A stretch of DNA of 64,000 nucleotides, from positions 48,349-112,348 of the forward strand of contig CAVOVA010000008.1 in NCBI GenBank assembly GCA_963699725.1. The letters run 5' to 3'. The DNA comes from an uncultured Thermoleophilia bacterium (GTDB lineage Bacteria; Actinomycetota; Thermoleophilia; UBA2241). Under the pieces are notes generated by a model. It ran no database searches and was not told the origin of the DNA. It saw nothing but the letters and a program-made list of their open reading frames with translations. Made by a program: the position numbers and the translations under genes. The stretch's first letter is position 1; every line of letters begins with the position of its first letter. Below, one piece after another: positions 50,059 to 59,992 of this stretch.

Positions 50059-50967
50059 TCAGGCTTTTGGGGAGTCCGCCGGCGAGAGAGCGACGTCGGG
50101 GTCTTCCCCGCGCTCGACGACGAGGTCCAGCAGTTCGTCGAGCGCCGTACCGAAGTCGGCGTCGATGTCGTCGCGCAGGTCCACGCGCGTCGTGAGGGCG
50201 GCTTCGGCCGCGCGGCGCAGCGTCTCGCGGTTCACGGCGCCGCAGGCGTCGGCTTCCTCGGCCCAGAGCCGCTCGGCGATCGCCACCGTGGCGATGGCGC
50301 CGCGCACCGAGGCGCCCTTGCGAAAGCGTGGGTGCCGCCGCGTCGCCCGCGTGAGGCGCACGGCCGTCCGCACGAGTGCGGCGTCGTCCGAGGCGGTCTC
50401 GGCGACCACGATGCCGGCCTCCTCCGTCGCGTCCTGGTAGTCGAGGGCGAGGTGTTCGAAGCGGTCGCGCAGCGCCTCCGAGAGGTGGCCGGTGGCGACG
50501 TACTCCACGGGATTCTGCGTCGCCACCACCTGGAAGCCGTCGACGGCCCGCACCTCGCCGATGTGCGGCAGTTGCAGGAGGCGCTCGTCGAGCGCCGGAA
50601 GGAGCACGTTCTGCACCGACTCGGGCATACGGTTGAGCTCGTTGATGAAGAGCACGCGCCCCTCACGCATGGCCTCGACCAGCGGCCCCGGGAAGAACGC
50701 CTCTTCCCCATACCCTGCCTTGAGCACGAGCGGCGGGTCGAACCAGCCGGTGAGCTTGCTCTCGGAGTAGCGGTCGTCGCCGTCCACGCGCACGGTGTCG
50801 CGCTTGAGGTGACCGCAGACGGCGAGGGCGACGGTGGTCTTGCCCACGCCGACAGGACCCTCGAGCAGCAGGTGACGCCCGGTACCGAGCACGGCCAGAG
50901 CCGTCGCCAGCTCGCGCTCGCGCCCGATGATGCCGTGCTGCCGCTGGATCTGGTCTATGGGGGTCAT
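50059..50967 (-). CDS. MoxR-family AAA+ ATPase
   Basis: Walker A LLEGPVGVGKTT, Walker B VLFINELNRMPESVQNVLLPALDER, VVATQNP, LSEALRDRF. Confidence 0.88.
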   Translation of the reverse strand: MTPIDQIQRQHGIIGRERELATALAVLGTGRHLLLEGPVGVGKTTVALAVCGHLKRDTVRVDGDDRYSESKLTGWFDPPLVLKAGYGEEAFFPGPLVEAMREGRVLFINELNRMPESVQNVLLPALDERLLQLPHIGEVRAVDGFQVVATQNPVEYVATGHLSEALRDRFEHLALDYQDATEEAGIVVAETASDDAALVRTAVRLTRATRRHPRFRKGASVRGAIATVAIAERLWAEEADACGAVNRETLRRAAEAALTTRVDLRDDIDADFGTALDELLDLVVERGEDPDVALSPADSPKA

Positions 50968-51028
50968 CTCGCCAACCTCCGTTCGCGGGTGTCGAGGGGC
51001 ACGGCCGTCATGTGCGGGTCCTCCCTGC

Positions 51029-51598
51029 TCAGTCCACGAGGACGAGCGCGTACCGATGATAAGGCTCGTCCGCCGCGGGCACCACTTCGAGCGACCAGCC
51101 GGCGTTGGCGCTGGTGGCGAAGATGTCGATGCCGCAGCCGGCGGGCCCCGGCCGCAGACGCTCGTTGGAGGCGCACGTCTCCGGCGCCTCGCACGCCTCC
51201 GTCAGGCCGCAAGGCCGCCCGCCGGCGATGGCGAACGCCTTGTAATGACCCTCCAGAAAGAGCTCGCGCTCGAGGCGAAGAGCGGCCTCGAGCACCCACG
51301 CGGACACTCTCACCCACTCGGAGCGTTCGGGATGGACGTCGAAACGCAGGAGCAGGATGGTCGCGTACTCGTCGAGCAGGCGGCGCGTCTGCTCGGGCGT
51401 GGGCGCGTGCGGCGGGCAGGTGAGACAGCGGCCCGCCGCCCCGCACCCGTACAAGCACTTCCAGCGGACCCATTGGGCCGTGACGACCTGCCCGGGGCGC
51501 AGGACGGCCGCGGCGCCGGCGCCGGCCGCGAGCGCTCGCTCGATCAGGGCATCCGGGGAGACCCCGCCTCTGCGCCACATCTCGTCCATGACGCTCAT
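51029..51598 (-). CDS. DUF2284-like Cys-rich metal-binding protein
   Basis: Trimmed to MSVMDEMW. WVRWKCLYGCGAAGRCLTCPPH..P...........LL......CGLTEACEAPETC....RLRPGPAGCGIDIF pattern. The long track ORF 51029..52435 is an antisense extension over the TIM-barrel gene. Confidence 0.7.
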   Translation of the reverse strand: MSVMDEMWRRGGVSPDALIERALAAGAGAAAVLRPGQVVTAQWVRWKCLYGCGAAGRCLTCPPHAPTPEQTRRLLDEYATILLLRFDVHPERSEWVRVSAWVLEAALRLERELFLEGHYKAFAIAGGRPCGLTEACEAPETCASNERLRPGPAGCGIDIFATSANAGWSLEVVPAADEPYHRYALVLVD

Positions 51599-51694
51599 GG
51601 TCTCAGCCCAGCAAGCGGTCCGCCACCTCGGGCACGGGGCGCGCCGATCGCTCCCCATCAGCGGGGTTCCCGGACGCATGGGTACACTCCCGCC

Positions 51695-52468
51695 ATGAAC
51701 CTGCCCCCCGACATCGGCCTTCCCAGCGACGCCTGGTACCGGATGCCGCTGGCGGAGTCGCTCGAGCGGATCTCTCGCTACGCCACGCTGGCCGAGATCG
51801 CGTCGGTCGACGATCACAGTCTGCTGTCGGGGCCGAATCGCAGAGCCGCCCTCGCGAGCGGCCTGCGGCTCACCGTCCATGGGCCCTGGGACGGTCTCGA
51901 GCCGGGTAGCCGGCGCGAGCGGGACCGCCGTCACGCGCTCGCCGTCCACCGCCGTCAGCTCGAGGCGGCGGCGGAGATCGGCGCCGAGACCTACGTCGTC
52001 CATCCCGACTATCAGGGCTGTACGACGCCTCGCGATCCTCGCGTCGTGGACGCGCTCCGGCGGTCGTTCGCCGAGCTCGAGGAGTACCAGCGCGAGTTCG
52101 GCGTGCGTATCGTCATCGAGAACATGCCGGGCGTCGGCTACTCGCACTTCGGCGGGCCCGGCGACCTCGACCTCGGCGAGCTCGGCCTCATTCTCGACAC
52201 CGGACACGCCGCCATCTGCGGGACCCTGCACGACTTCCTGCGCGAGCCGCGCGCGAAGCTCGCGCACGTCCACCTCCACGACAATCGCGGGCCGGTCGAC
52301 AGCGGCGACCCGCACCTTCCCCTCGGCCGCGGGGTGGTCGACGCCGGCGCCGTGATCCGCGTGGCGCGAGCCAGCGACGCGACGATCATCCTCGAACTGC
52401 CGGACGAGGCGAGCATCGTCGAGAGCATCGCACACCTGGAGCGCAAAGGGCTGATGGACGCGGTCTGA
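51695..52468 (+). CDS. xylose-isomerase-like TIM-barrel (sugar phosphate isomerase/epimerase superfamily), paralogue 1
   Basis: VHGPW, VVHPD, VIENMPG..YSHFGGPGDLDL..LGLILDTGHA, HVHLHDNRG..DPHLPLGRGVVDA motifs. Confidence 0.8.
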   Translation: MNLPPDIGLPSDAWYRMPLAESLERISRYATLAEIASVDDHSLLSGPNRRAALASGLRLTVHGPWDGLEPGSRRERDRRHALAVHRRQLEAAAEIGAETYVVHPDYQGCTTPRDPRVVDALRRSFAELEEYQREFGVRIVIENMPGVGYSHFGGPGDLDLGELGLILDTGHAAICGTLHDFLREPRAKLAHVHLHDNRGPVDSGDPHLPLGRGVVDAGAVIRVARASDATIILELPDEASIVESIAHLERKGLMDAV

Positions 52469-52526
52469 GTCGTCGCGAGGTCTGGCTCCCGGTCGGGCGG
52501 CGCACGCCGCCGCTGTCTGCGCCCGG

Positions 52527-53654
52527 CTACCTCGCGAAGGCGAACCCGAAGCCCGGCCCCTGATAGGCGAGCGGCTGCAGCGGGCTCGGCGGCACGCCGG
52601 GGCGCGCCTCGCCGTGGTAGTCCCGCGGCGCGACGTCGTTGGGGCCCTCGGCGTAGAAGAGGCCGGCCAGCGCCTGGATCTGGTCGCGGCCGATGCCGAG
52701 CTCGAACTGGCCGCCGCCGTAGAGGGTGATACCGGACGTGTCCGCGTGCTCGACGCAGGAAAGCAGCGCGCTCACGCTGCCGAACCGCGATGGCTTGATG
52801 TTCAGGTGACCAAGGCGGAAGCGGGAGCAGTCGACGCACTCCGCCTCGACCCGGGCCGAGACCGCGAGCACGTCGTCCCACGAGTGGATGGGCGCGTCGA
52901 AGCTGAAGCGCGCCTCCTGCCCGCGCAGCGCCCGCCGCGCCGGTCCCTCCAGCACCGGGTCCTCGAGGACCGTCCCGGGGAACGTCTCGCTGACCAGCCG
53001 GTACTGCACGGGATCCGCCGGGTTGTCGACGGGAGATCCCTCGTAGAAGGACTTGAAGTCCAGTACCCGCACGCGGCCGGTGGCGGCGATGTCGGTCATG
53101 AGGCCGGCGTCCCACTCGGGGGTCGGATCGAGCTTGAACTCGAGCCGTGGGTCCACCGCCAGCCACGGCTTGATGTCGAGGCGCGTGCTGAGCACGAAGC
53201 GCACCGGCCTGTAGCTCCGCCCGAGCGCCTCGCCCAGATTCAGCTTCGCCTGGCGCAGGGCGAGGTCGAGGGCCGCGCTCTCGAAGCCCCAGCGCCGATA
53301 CATACGGCAGAACTCCTGTTGCAGCGGCCTGCCCAGGTGCAGGTCCAAGCGGCCGAGATGCTGCGAGAAGCCATCGAAGGTCCACTCCCCCGCAAGCGGC
53401 AGTTCCGCGGGGTAGTCGTCGTGGTCCTCGGCCGCGTAGGTGACGTCCTCGCCGCGGCCTTCGAGCCCGCCGCCGGTGAGCACGATCTCCGTGGTCACGC
53501 GACGGAACCCGCTCGAGACGTCCAGCTCGCGGCGCTCGGTGCGGTAGCCGTCGATCGCCAGGCCGAGTCCCGCCAGACGCGCGTACGCGCCGTCCGGGAT
53601 CCCCTGCATCCCTTGCGCGACGCCGGGGGCGGCGGTTGTCGGGGGTGATTCCAT
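52527..53654 (-). CDS. enolase-superfamily (MR/MLE-like) protein, function unknown
   Basis: Barrel-domain pattern ..FKLD......, TVLEDPV, FSFDAPIHS, LNIKPSRFGS, LYGGGQFELGIG. Start ATG 53654 (MESPPTT) or downstream; the N-terminal part of the track ORF looks non-coding. Confidence 0.65.
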   Translation of the reverse strand: MESPPTTAAPGVAQGMQGIPDGAYARLAGLGLAIDGYRTERRELDVSSGFRRVTTEIVLTGGGLEGRGEDVTYAAEDHDDYPAELPLAGEWTFDGFSQHLGRLDLHLGRPLQQEFCRMYRRWGFESAALDLALRQAKLNLGEALGRSYRPVRFVLSTRLDIKPWLAVDPRLEFKLDPTPEWDAGLMTDIAATGRVRVLDFKSFYEGSPVDNPADPVQYRLVSETFPGTVLEDPVLEGPARRALRGQEARFSFDAPIHSWDDVLAVSARVEAECVDCSRFRLGHLNIKPSRFGSVSALLSCVEHADTSGITLYGGGQFELGIGRDQIQALAGLFYAEGPNDVAPRDYHGEARPGVPPSPLQPLAYQGPGFGFAFAR

Positions 53655-53784
53655 GGCCGCCTTCTTCCCCGGCCGCACGTATCGCAAGCCCCGCGAAGGC
53701 GGAGGGGCGGCCGGAACTCGGAACGGCCGGCCGTGACGGTGGGGCCAGAAGCTCGCGCGACCGGCCTCTGGCATACTTGAGCGC

Positions 53785-54549
53785 GTGGACCGCGCCTCCG
53801 ACATCGGCATCTCGACGAGTGCCTACGCCGAGCTCCTACTCCCCGCCGCGCTCGAGCGCATCGCCGAGCTGGCACCGGCCGCCGAGATCCGTTCGTTCGG
53901 CCTGCACACGCTGCTGAGCAAGCGCAACCGCGCGGCGGCGCAGGCCGCGGGCCTCGCCTACACGGTCCACGGGCCCTTCGGCCCCACGGGCATCTGGGCT
54001 CTCGACGAGCACGAGCGGCTTGACGCGCTGGACGAGCATCGCCGCCATCTCGAGGCCGGCGCCGAGATCGGGGCGCGACTCTACGTGGCACACCCCGACT
54101 GGCGCCCCGGCCTGGCGCCGCGCGACCCCGCCGTCGTCGTGGCGCTCGAGCGCTCGTTCGGCACGCTGCTCGAGTGGCAGGACGAGTACGGGGTCGAGAT
54201 CGTCGTCGAGAACATGCCGGGCGCCGAGCAGTCGCACTTCACCCACCCCGGCGACCTGGACCTGCGCGGCCTCGGCCTCATCCTCGACGTCGGCCACGCC
54301 AGCATCAGCGGCTGTCTGGATGAGTGGCTGACCGAACCGCAGGCGCCGCTGCGCCACCTGCACGTGCACGACAACCACGGCGAGGGCGATGGCGACGATC
54401 CCCACCTCGGGTTGGGCGCCGGCGTGGTGGACGCGGCCGCCGTCATGGCCGTCGCGCGCGCCGCCGGCGCCTCCGTGGTGCTCGAGCACGACGGCGAACG
54501 GGCTGTGCTGACCAGCCTCGCCCACCTGCGGGAGCTCGGCCTCCTCTGA
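53785..54549 (+). CDS. xylose-isomerase-like TIM-barrel protein, paralogue 2
   Basis: VHGPF, VAHPD, VVENMPG..QSHFTHPGDLDL..LGLILDVGHA, HLHVHDNHG..DPHLGLGAGVVDA; colinear with 51695 and 59224. Confidence 0.8.
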   Translation: MDRASDIGISTSAYAELLLPAALERIAELAPAAEIRSFGLHTLLSKRNRAAAQAAGLAYTVHGPFGPTGIWALDEHERLDALDEHRRHLEAGAEIGARLYVAHPDWRPGLAPRDPAVVVALERSFGTLLEWQDEYGVEIVVENMPGAEQSHFTHPGDLDLRGLGLILDVGHASISGCLDEWLTEPQAPLRHLHVHDNHGEGDGDDPHLGLGAGVVDAAAVMAVARAAGASVVLEHDGERAVLTSLAHLRELGLL

Positions 54550-54591
54550 CAGGTGTCGACGCGTCCGGGCGCAGTCCGGCCCGGGCCGCGC

Positions 54592-55065
54592 TCAGCCCTC
54601 GAGCACCTCGATCAGCTCCTCCTTGATGTCACGCAGCCGCGCGGCGATCACGCCGGCGACCTTCTTCATCACGGCGTATCCAGCGGCAGGCTCGCGCAGG
54701 AGGATGTCCTCCACCTCGTCGGCGGAGATCGCGAGCACGACGCTGTCCTCGAGCGCGCTCGCTTCTGCCACGTACACGTGCGGTGCCACGAGCGACGACC
54801 AACCGGACACGCAGTACTGGCCGACCTCGACGACCTCGATGACGCGGCCGGCCGGCGTGGCCAGTCTGATCGCCAGCCTCCCGCTCTCCACCACAAAGAG
54901 GCTGTGCGCCACCGTGTTCTGATCGAACAGGGCTTCGCCCACGCGCAGGGTGACCATGCGGCTGTGCTCTGCCAGCGCCTCGATCTGGGCCTCGCTCAAG
55001 GGCTCCAGCAGTTCGCAGTGAGCGAGCGTGCTCTCGATGGACAGGTCGGCGGTGGGTGGTCTCAT
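54592..55065 (-). CDS. cyclic-nucleotide-binding domain protein (stand-alone)
   Basis: 157 aa; LL.PLSE.QIEALAEHS..V.L..GE.LF.Q....HSLFVV.SG.L.I......GR is the classic cNMP-binding beta-roll layout. Confidence 0.75.
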   Translation of the reverse strand: MRPPTADLSIESTLAHCELLEPLSEAQIEALAEHSRMVTLRVGEALFDQNTVAHSLFVVESGRLAIRLATPAGRVIEVVEVGQYCVSGWSSLVAPHVYVAEASALEDSVVLAISADEVEDILLREPAAGYAVMKKVAGVIAARLRDIKEELIEVLEG

Positions 55066-55259
55066 GTCGCCCCCCTCGGGTCGGACGTGGCTCGTACGGG
55101 ACTTCTACCCGCATCGCCCGCGTGTCGAGCGTTCGTGCCCGGCACGGCCTCGGTCGGGTGCGCCCGGTGATCACCGGGCGCCGCCGGGGCGTCTGATAGA
55201 ATCCGCGGGGTGCCGCTTCGGCGCCCCCACGCTCGCGCCAACGAAGGAAAGCGCACGCC

Positions 55260-56096
55260 ATGAGCCAGTCGTTCACCTACACGGGCACCAGCGACTACAT
55301 CGCCGCGCCCGATCTCATGCAGACGGTCAACGTCGCCGTCCAGCTCAGCCGCCCGCTGCTCATCAAAGGCGAGCCCGGCACCGGCAAGACGATGCTCGCG
55401 CAGAGCATCGCCCTCGGCCTCGACATGCCGCTGATCGTCTGGAACGTGAAATCGACGACCAAGGCTCAGGACGGCCTCTATGTCTACGACACCGTGCAAC
55501 GCCTCTACGACGGTCAGTTCGGCGACCGCGACGTGAGCGATATCGCCCGGTACATCAAGCCGGGCAAGCTGGGCGAGGCCTTCGCCAGCGAAGAGCGCGT
55601 CGTCCTGCTCATCGACGAGATCGACAAGGCCGACCTCGAGTTCCCCAACGACCTGCTCTGGGAGCTCGACCAGATGGAGTTCCACATCCCCGAGACACAC
55701 GCGACGATCCAGGCCGTGCACAGGCCGATCGTGTTGATCACGTCGAACGCCGAGAAGGAGCTGCCGGACGCCTTCTTGCGCCGCTGCGTGTTCCACTACA
55801 TCGAGTTCCCGGACGAGGAGATGATGGAGCGCATCGTGCGCGTGCACGTGCCGGGCCTGGACGCACGGCTGCTCGACCTCGCGATCCAGGCTTTCTACTG
55901 GCTGCGCGACGTGCCCGGCCTGCAGAAGAGGCCCAGCACCAGCGAACTGATCGACTGGGTGCAGGCGCTGGCGCGCGGCGGCGTCGACCACAACGAGATC
56001 ACCGCGCGCGTGCCCTTCATGGGCGTGCTGCTCAAGAAGGATCACGACGTCGATATCGCCCAGCGCGCCCTGGCCTCCGGTCGCGGCCGCCGCTAG
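55260..56096 (+). CDS. MoxR-family AAA+ ATPase (second copy)
   Basis: Walker A LLIKGEPGTGKTMLA, Walker B VVLLIDEIDKADLEFPNDLLWELD, VLITSN, LPDAFLRRC. Confidence 0.88.
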   Translation: MSQSFTYTGTSDYIAAPDLMQTVNVAVQLSRPLLIKGEPGTGKTMLAQSIALGLDMPLIVWNVKSTTKAQDGLYVYDTVQRLYDGQFGDRDVSDIARYIKPGKLGEAFASEERVVLLIDEIDKADLEFPNDLLWELDQMEFHIPETHATIQAVHRPIVLITSNAEKELPDAFLRRCVFHYIEFPDEEMMERIVRVHVPGLDARLLDLAIQAFYWLRDVPGLQKRPSTSELIDWVQALARGGVDHNEITARVPFMGVLLKKDHDVDIAQRALASGRGRR

Positions 56097-56179
56097 TGTC
56101 ACAAGGCTCACCGTCGCGCGGGCAGCGCGGTGACACCGCACCGTAGCCGCCGCCGCGGCCCAACCAGCGAGGAGACAGC

Positions 56180-56275
56180 ATGAGCAGCGTCGGAGGAGTC
56201 GAGCTCTTCATCGTCATCGTGATCGCCATCGTGGTGGCCGGACTGGTGCTGCGTCAGATCATGTCCAAGCGCTGA
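56180..56275 (+). CDS. 31-aa hydrophobic peptide between the MoxR and VWA genes (below ORF-track cutoff)
   Basis: GAGGAGACAGC then ATG: MSSVGGVELFIVIVIAIVVAGLVLRQIMSKR; single TM helix. Confidence 0.45.
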   Translation: MSSVGGVELFIVIVIAIVVAGLVLRQIMSKR

Positions 56276-56295
56276 CTGACGCGCAGCCCCGGTCC

Positions 56296-57504
56296 GTGTT
56301 CACCGACTTCTTCTTTCTGCTGCGCTTCTACGGCGTGCCGGTGACCGTCACGGAGTGGCTCGCGCTGCTGCGCGGGCTGGCCATGGGCCTGGTGCCTGCC
56401 GGACTCGATCAGTTCTACGCCGTGGCGCGCGGCGTCCTCGTGAAATCGGAGGCGTACTTCGACCAGTACGACCAGGCGTTTGCGGCGATGTTCACGGGCA
56501 TCGAGACACCGGTGGAGATCGCCGACGAGGTCTGGGGCTGGCTCGAGGACCCGCACGAGATGCCCGGCCTGGCCGACGCGGAGCGCCGGCTGCTGGCCGC
56601 CGCGCTCGAGGACGTGGACCTGGAGGCGCTCCAGAAGATGTTCGCGGAGCGCCTCCGCGAGCAGGGCGAGGCCCACCACGGCGGCGACCACTGGGTGGGC
56701 ACCGGCGGCGCCAGCCCGTTCGGCCATTCGGGCTTCCGTCCCGGCGGGATCCGCGTCGGCGGCGAGAGCCGCAGCGGGTCCGCCGTCAAGGTCGCCGGCG
56801 AGCGCCGCTATCGCGGCTACCGCACCGACCAGGAGGTCGGCGTGCGGCAGTTCGAGCTCGCCCTGAGGCGCCTTCGCAGGCTGTCGTCGCGCGACGAAGG
56901 CGTCCCCGACGAGCTCGACCTCGACGAGACCGTCGAGGAGACGGCGAGCAACGCCGGCCGCCTCAGCCTCGTGTGGCGCAAGCGCCGCAAGAACGCCGTC
57001 AAGGTACTGCTGCTCATGGACGTCGGCGGCTCCATGCACCCCTACATCCGCCTCTGCAGCCAGCTCTTCAGCGCCGTGAACCGCAGCAGCCACTTCAAGG
57101 ACCTGCGCTTCTACTACTTCCACAACTGCGTCTACGATTGGCTCTACACGAGCACGCGTATGACGTCGTCAGAGGCGATCTCGACGCGGCGCGTCCTCCA
57201 GGAGCTCCCCGGTGACTACAAGCTGATCGTCGTCGGCGATGCGGCCATGGCCCCCAGCGAGCTCATGGCCCGCGACGGCATCATCTGGTGGGGCTTCGGC
57301 AACGACGAGCCGGGCATCGAGTGGCTCAGGCGGCTGCGCCGTCACTTCGATCATTCAGTCTGGCTGAACACCATCCCGGAGGCCGACTGGAACCGTGCCT
57401 ACGGCAACGTGACCATCCGCAAGGTCCGCGAGGTCTTCCCCATGTTCGAGCTCACGGTGGACGGGCTCACCGCCGCGACGCGCAGACTCATGGTGCGCTA
57501 CTAG
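56296..57504 (+). CDS. VWA-domain protein (CoxE-like, partner of MoxR 55260)
   Basis: N-terminus FFFLLR..GVPVTV.EWL.LL..L; C-terminal VWA VLLLMDVGGSMHP......LFSA......F.DLRFYYFHN. Confidence 0.8.
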   Translation: MFTDFFFLLRFYGVPVTVTEWLALLRGLAMGLVPAGLDQFYAVARGVLVKSEAYFDQYDQAFAAMFTGIETPVEIADEVWGWLEDPHEMPGLADAERRLLAAALEDVDLEALQKMFAERLREQGEAHHGGDHWVGTGGASPFGHSGFRPGGIRVGGESRSGSAVKVAGERRYRGYRTDQEVGVRQFELALRRLRRLSSRDEGVPDELDLDETVEETASNAGRLSLVWRKRRKNAVKVLLLMDVGGSMHPYIRLCSQLFSAVNRSSHFKDLRFYYFHNCVYDWLYTSTRMTSSEAISTRRVLQELPGDYKLIVVGDAAMAPSELMARDGIIWWGFGNDEPGIEWLRRLRRHFDHSVWLNTIPEADWNRAYGNVTIRKVREVFPMFELTVDGLTAATRRLMVRY

Positions 57505-57574
57505 GGGCTCCGCCGGACGGCGAACGGCCCGTTCAAGACGTTCCCTTCGAGGCCGATACCAGTAATGAGAAGGG

Positions 57575-59191
57575 ATGCGGGTCATGGAACACATCGAGAG
57601 CGGTCAGTCCTCTCACGCGCTCGTCCACCAGGATGGAGACAGAGAGCACGCCCTGCTCGGCGACGCCCTCGTCCAGCTCGCCGAGCAGATCGCCACCGCG
57701 CTCGACTGCTCCCAGTGCTGTGTCTACGAGTACATCGCCGAATCCAACGTGCTGAGCGCGCAGGCGCTCTGGTCGCGCGTCCCCACGCCGCACGACATCG
57801 ATTGGGTCGGCGAGACGCACCGGCTGTCCGATACGCCGGGGTTCGCGCGCGTCATCAACGACCGTGAGGTCCTCGTGTCGTACCCAGACACCGAAGCTGG
57901 CGACACCGCGACCGGAGTCGCCAGCGCGGCGCTCAGGGGCGAGAAGGCTGCGATCTGGGCGCCCGTCGTGTACGGCGACGTGGTCCTCGGGCTGCTGGAG
58001 CTCACGGAGAAGGAGCGGGACCGCTCCTTCACCGAGGCCGACGAGCGGCTCGTCGGGCAGATGGCCGGTCTCGCCGCCGTCGCCCTCCACAACGCCCGCC
58101 TCTCGCGTGCGGCCGAGGAGCGCAACCGCCAGCTCTCGGCGCTCATCGGCGCCTCGCGCGCCATGACCTCTACTCTCGACCTCGACGAGCTCCTCGAGGT
58201 CGTGTGCCGTCAGGCGGCTCTCGCCCTGGACACGGGATCGAGCTACATCTACGAGTACGACGCCGAGGCCGACGCCATGGTCTGGCTCGCCGAGCACCAG
58301 AGAGACCCCTCGCACGCCTTCGAGGAGCCGCTCGGGACCGTCTACCCTCTCGAGGACCTCCCGCAGGACCTCGCCGCGGTGCGTACGCGCCGACCGGTCG
58401 AGGTCCGCCTCGACGACCCCGGCCTCGACGACGAGATGCGGCGCCAGCTCCTCGAGTGGAGCGAGCAATCCTCGCTCATGGTCCCGCTCGTCGTCGGTGA
58501 CGCCGTCGTTGGCGCGCTCGAGGTGAGCGAGGCAGTCTACCCGCGACACTTCTCCGAGCAGGAGATCGCGCTCTGCGTCGCGCTGGGCGAGCAGGCAGCC
58601 GTCGCAATGCACAATGCCCAGCTCTACCGCCGCCTGCAGGAGCAGAAGGAGACCATCGAGCGTCAGGCGACCATGGACGGCCTCACCGGGCTCTTCAACC
58701 ACCGCTTCTTCTGGAAACGCCTCCGCGACGAGGTCGCCCGCGCCGACCGGTATGGTCAGCCGCTCTCGCTGCTGATGCTCGACCTCGACGACTTCAAACG
58801 CGTCAACGACCGCTACGGGCACCCCGTGGGCGACGAGCTGCTGCGAACGGTCGGGCGCGCCCTGCAGACGCAGGTCCGCCAAGGCGTGGACTGCGCCGCG
58901 CGCTACGGCGGCGAGGAGTTCGCGGTGATCCTTCCGTCAACCCTCTCGGAGCGGAGCGGCGGCGGCCTCGACGGAGCTGTCACCAGCGCCGAGCGCATCC
59001 GCCGCGCCGTCGCCGACTTGCGCGCGCCGGTCGTGGACGCCGCCTGGCCGGGGATCACGGTGAGCATCGGCGTGGCCACCCTGCCGGTCCACGCCGCCGA
59101 CGCCGAAGAGCTGGTGACAAGAGCGGATCGGGCGCTCTACGAAGCGAAACGCCTCCGCAAGGACCGCGTCGAGGTCTACGCCCCCGGCTGA
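57575..59191 (+). CDS. GAF-GAF-GGDEF diguanylate cyclase
   Basis: Two GAF-like modules, then DGLTGLFNHR.F...L......R......LLMLDLDDFKRVND.YGHP.GD..L and an intact RYGGEEFAVILP active site. Confidence 0.88.
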   Translation: MRVMEHIESGQSSHALVHQDGDREHALLGDALVQLAEQIATALDCSQCCVYEYIAESNVLSAQALWSRVPTPHDIDWVGETHRLSDTPGFARVINDREVLVSYPDTEAGDTATGVASAALRGEKAAIWAPVVYGDVVLGLLELTEKERDRSFTEADERLVGQMAGLAAVALHNARLSRAAEERNRQLSALIGASRAMTSTLDLDELLEVVCRQAALALDTGSSYIYEYDAEADAMVWLAEHQRDPSHAFEEPLGTVYPLEDLPQDLAAVRTRRPVEVRLDDPGLDDEMRRQLLEWSEQSSLMVPLVVGDAVVGALEVSEAVYPRHFSEQEIALCVALGEQAAVAMHNAQLYRRLQEQKETIERQATMDGLTGLFNHRFFWKRLRDEVARADRYGQPLSLLMLDLDDFKRVNDRYGHPVGDELLRTVGRALQTQVRQGVDCAARYGGEEFAVILPSTLSERSGGGLDGAVTSAERIRRAVADLRAPVVDAAWPGITVSIGVATLPVHAADAEELVTRADRALYEAKRLRKDRVEVYAPG

Positions 59192-59223
59192 TCAGGAGCG
59201 ATATCTGCCATACTGTCGACGCG

Positions 59224-59988
59224 GTGTTCGACCATTCTGACATCGGCATCTCGACGGGGGCCTTTGCCGACCTCCCGCTCGCCGCCGTCCTGCTGACGGC
59301 CCGCGAGCTGGCGCCGAGCGTCGAGATCACGTCCTACAGGCGTCACTCGCTCCTCGATGTCAACAACGCCAGAGCGGTGGCGGCCTTCGACCTGCCGTTC
59401 AGCGTGCATGGGCCATTCATAGGTGTGGGCATGGGCAGCACCCGCGAAACCAAACGGCGCGCCGCGATCGAACTGCACCGCCGTCATCTCAAGATCGCCT
59501 CGCTTCTCGGCGCGACGCTGTATCTGGTGCACCCGGACCGGCAGCGCAAGCCGGGCCCCCCAAAGCCCGCAGTCGTTGCTGCGCTACGGCGCTCGTTCAC
59601 AGAACTGCGGGCGCTTCAGGAGCAGTTCGGCACACCCGTCGTCGTCGAGAACATGGCCTACCCCGGCTACTCACACTTCACCGCGCCGGGAGACCTCGAC
59701 CTCTGCGGCCTCGGGCTGGCCCTGGATGTCGGCCACGCGGCCGTTGCGGGTACACTGGCGGCGTGGCTGGACGACCCACACGCCACCTTGAGCCATGTCC
59801 ATCTGCATGACAACCAGGGAGCGCGACACGGCGACCAGCACGCCCCGCTGGGCACGGGCGTCGTCGACGCCGGGGCCGCTATCCTCAAGGCGCGCGAGGC
59901 CGGAGCGTCCATGGTGATCGAGCACAAGAACGGGGACGACGTGCTCCAGAGCCTGTACTACCTCCGGGCCAACGGACTGATCGGGTAG
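59224..59988 (+). CDS. xylose-isomerase-like TIM-barrel protein, paralogue 3
   Basis: VHGPF, LVHPD, VVENMAYPGYSHFTAPGDLDL..LGLALDVGHA, HVHLHDNQG..DQHAPLGTGVVDA; GTG start. Confidence 0.8.
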   Translation: MFDHSDIGISTGAFADLPLAAVLLTARELAPSVEITSYRRHSLLDVNNARAVAAFDLPFSVHGPFIGVGMGSTRETKRRAAIELHRRHLKIASLLGATLYLVHPDRQRKPGPPKPAVVAALRRSFTELRALQEQFGTPVVVENMAYPGYSHFTAPGDLDLCGLGLALDVGHAAVAGTLAAWLDDPHATLSHVHLHDNQGARHGDQHAPLGTGVVDAGAAILKAREAGASMVIEHKNGDDVLQSLYYLRANGLIG

Positions 59989-59992
59989 CCCG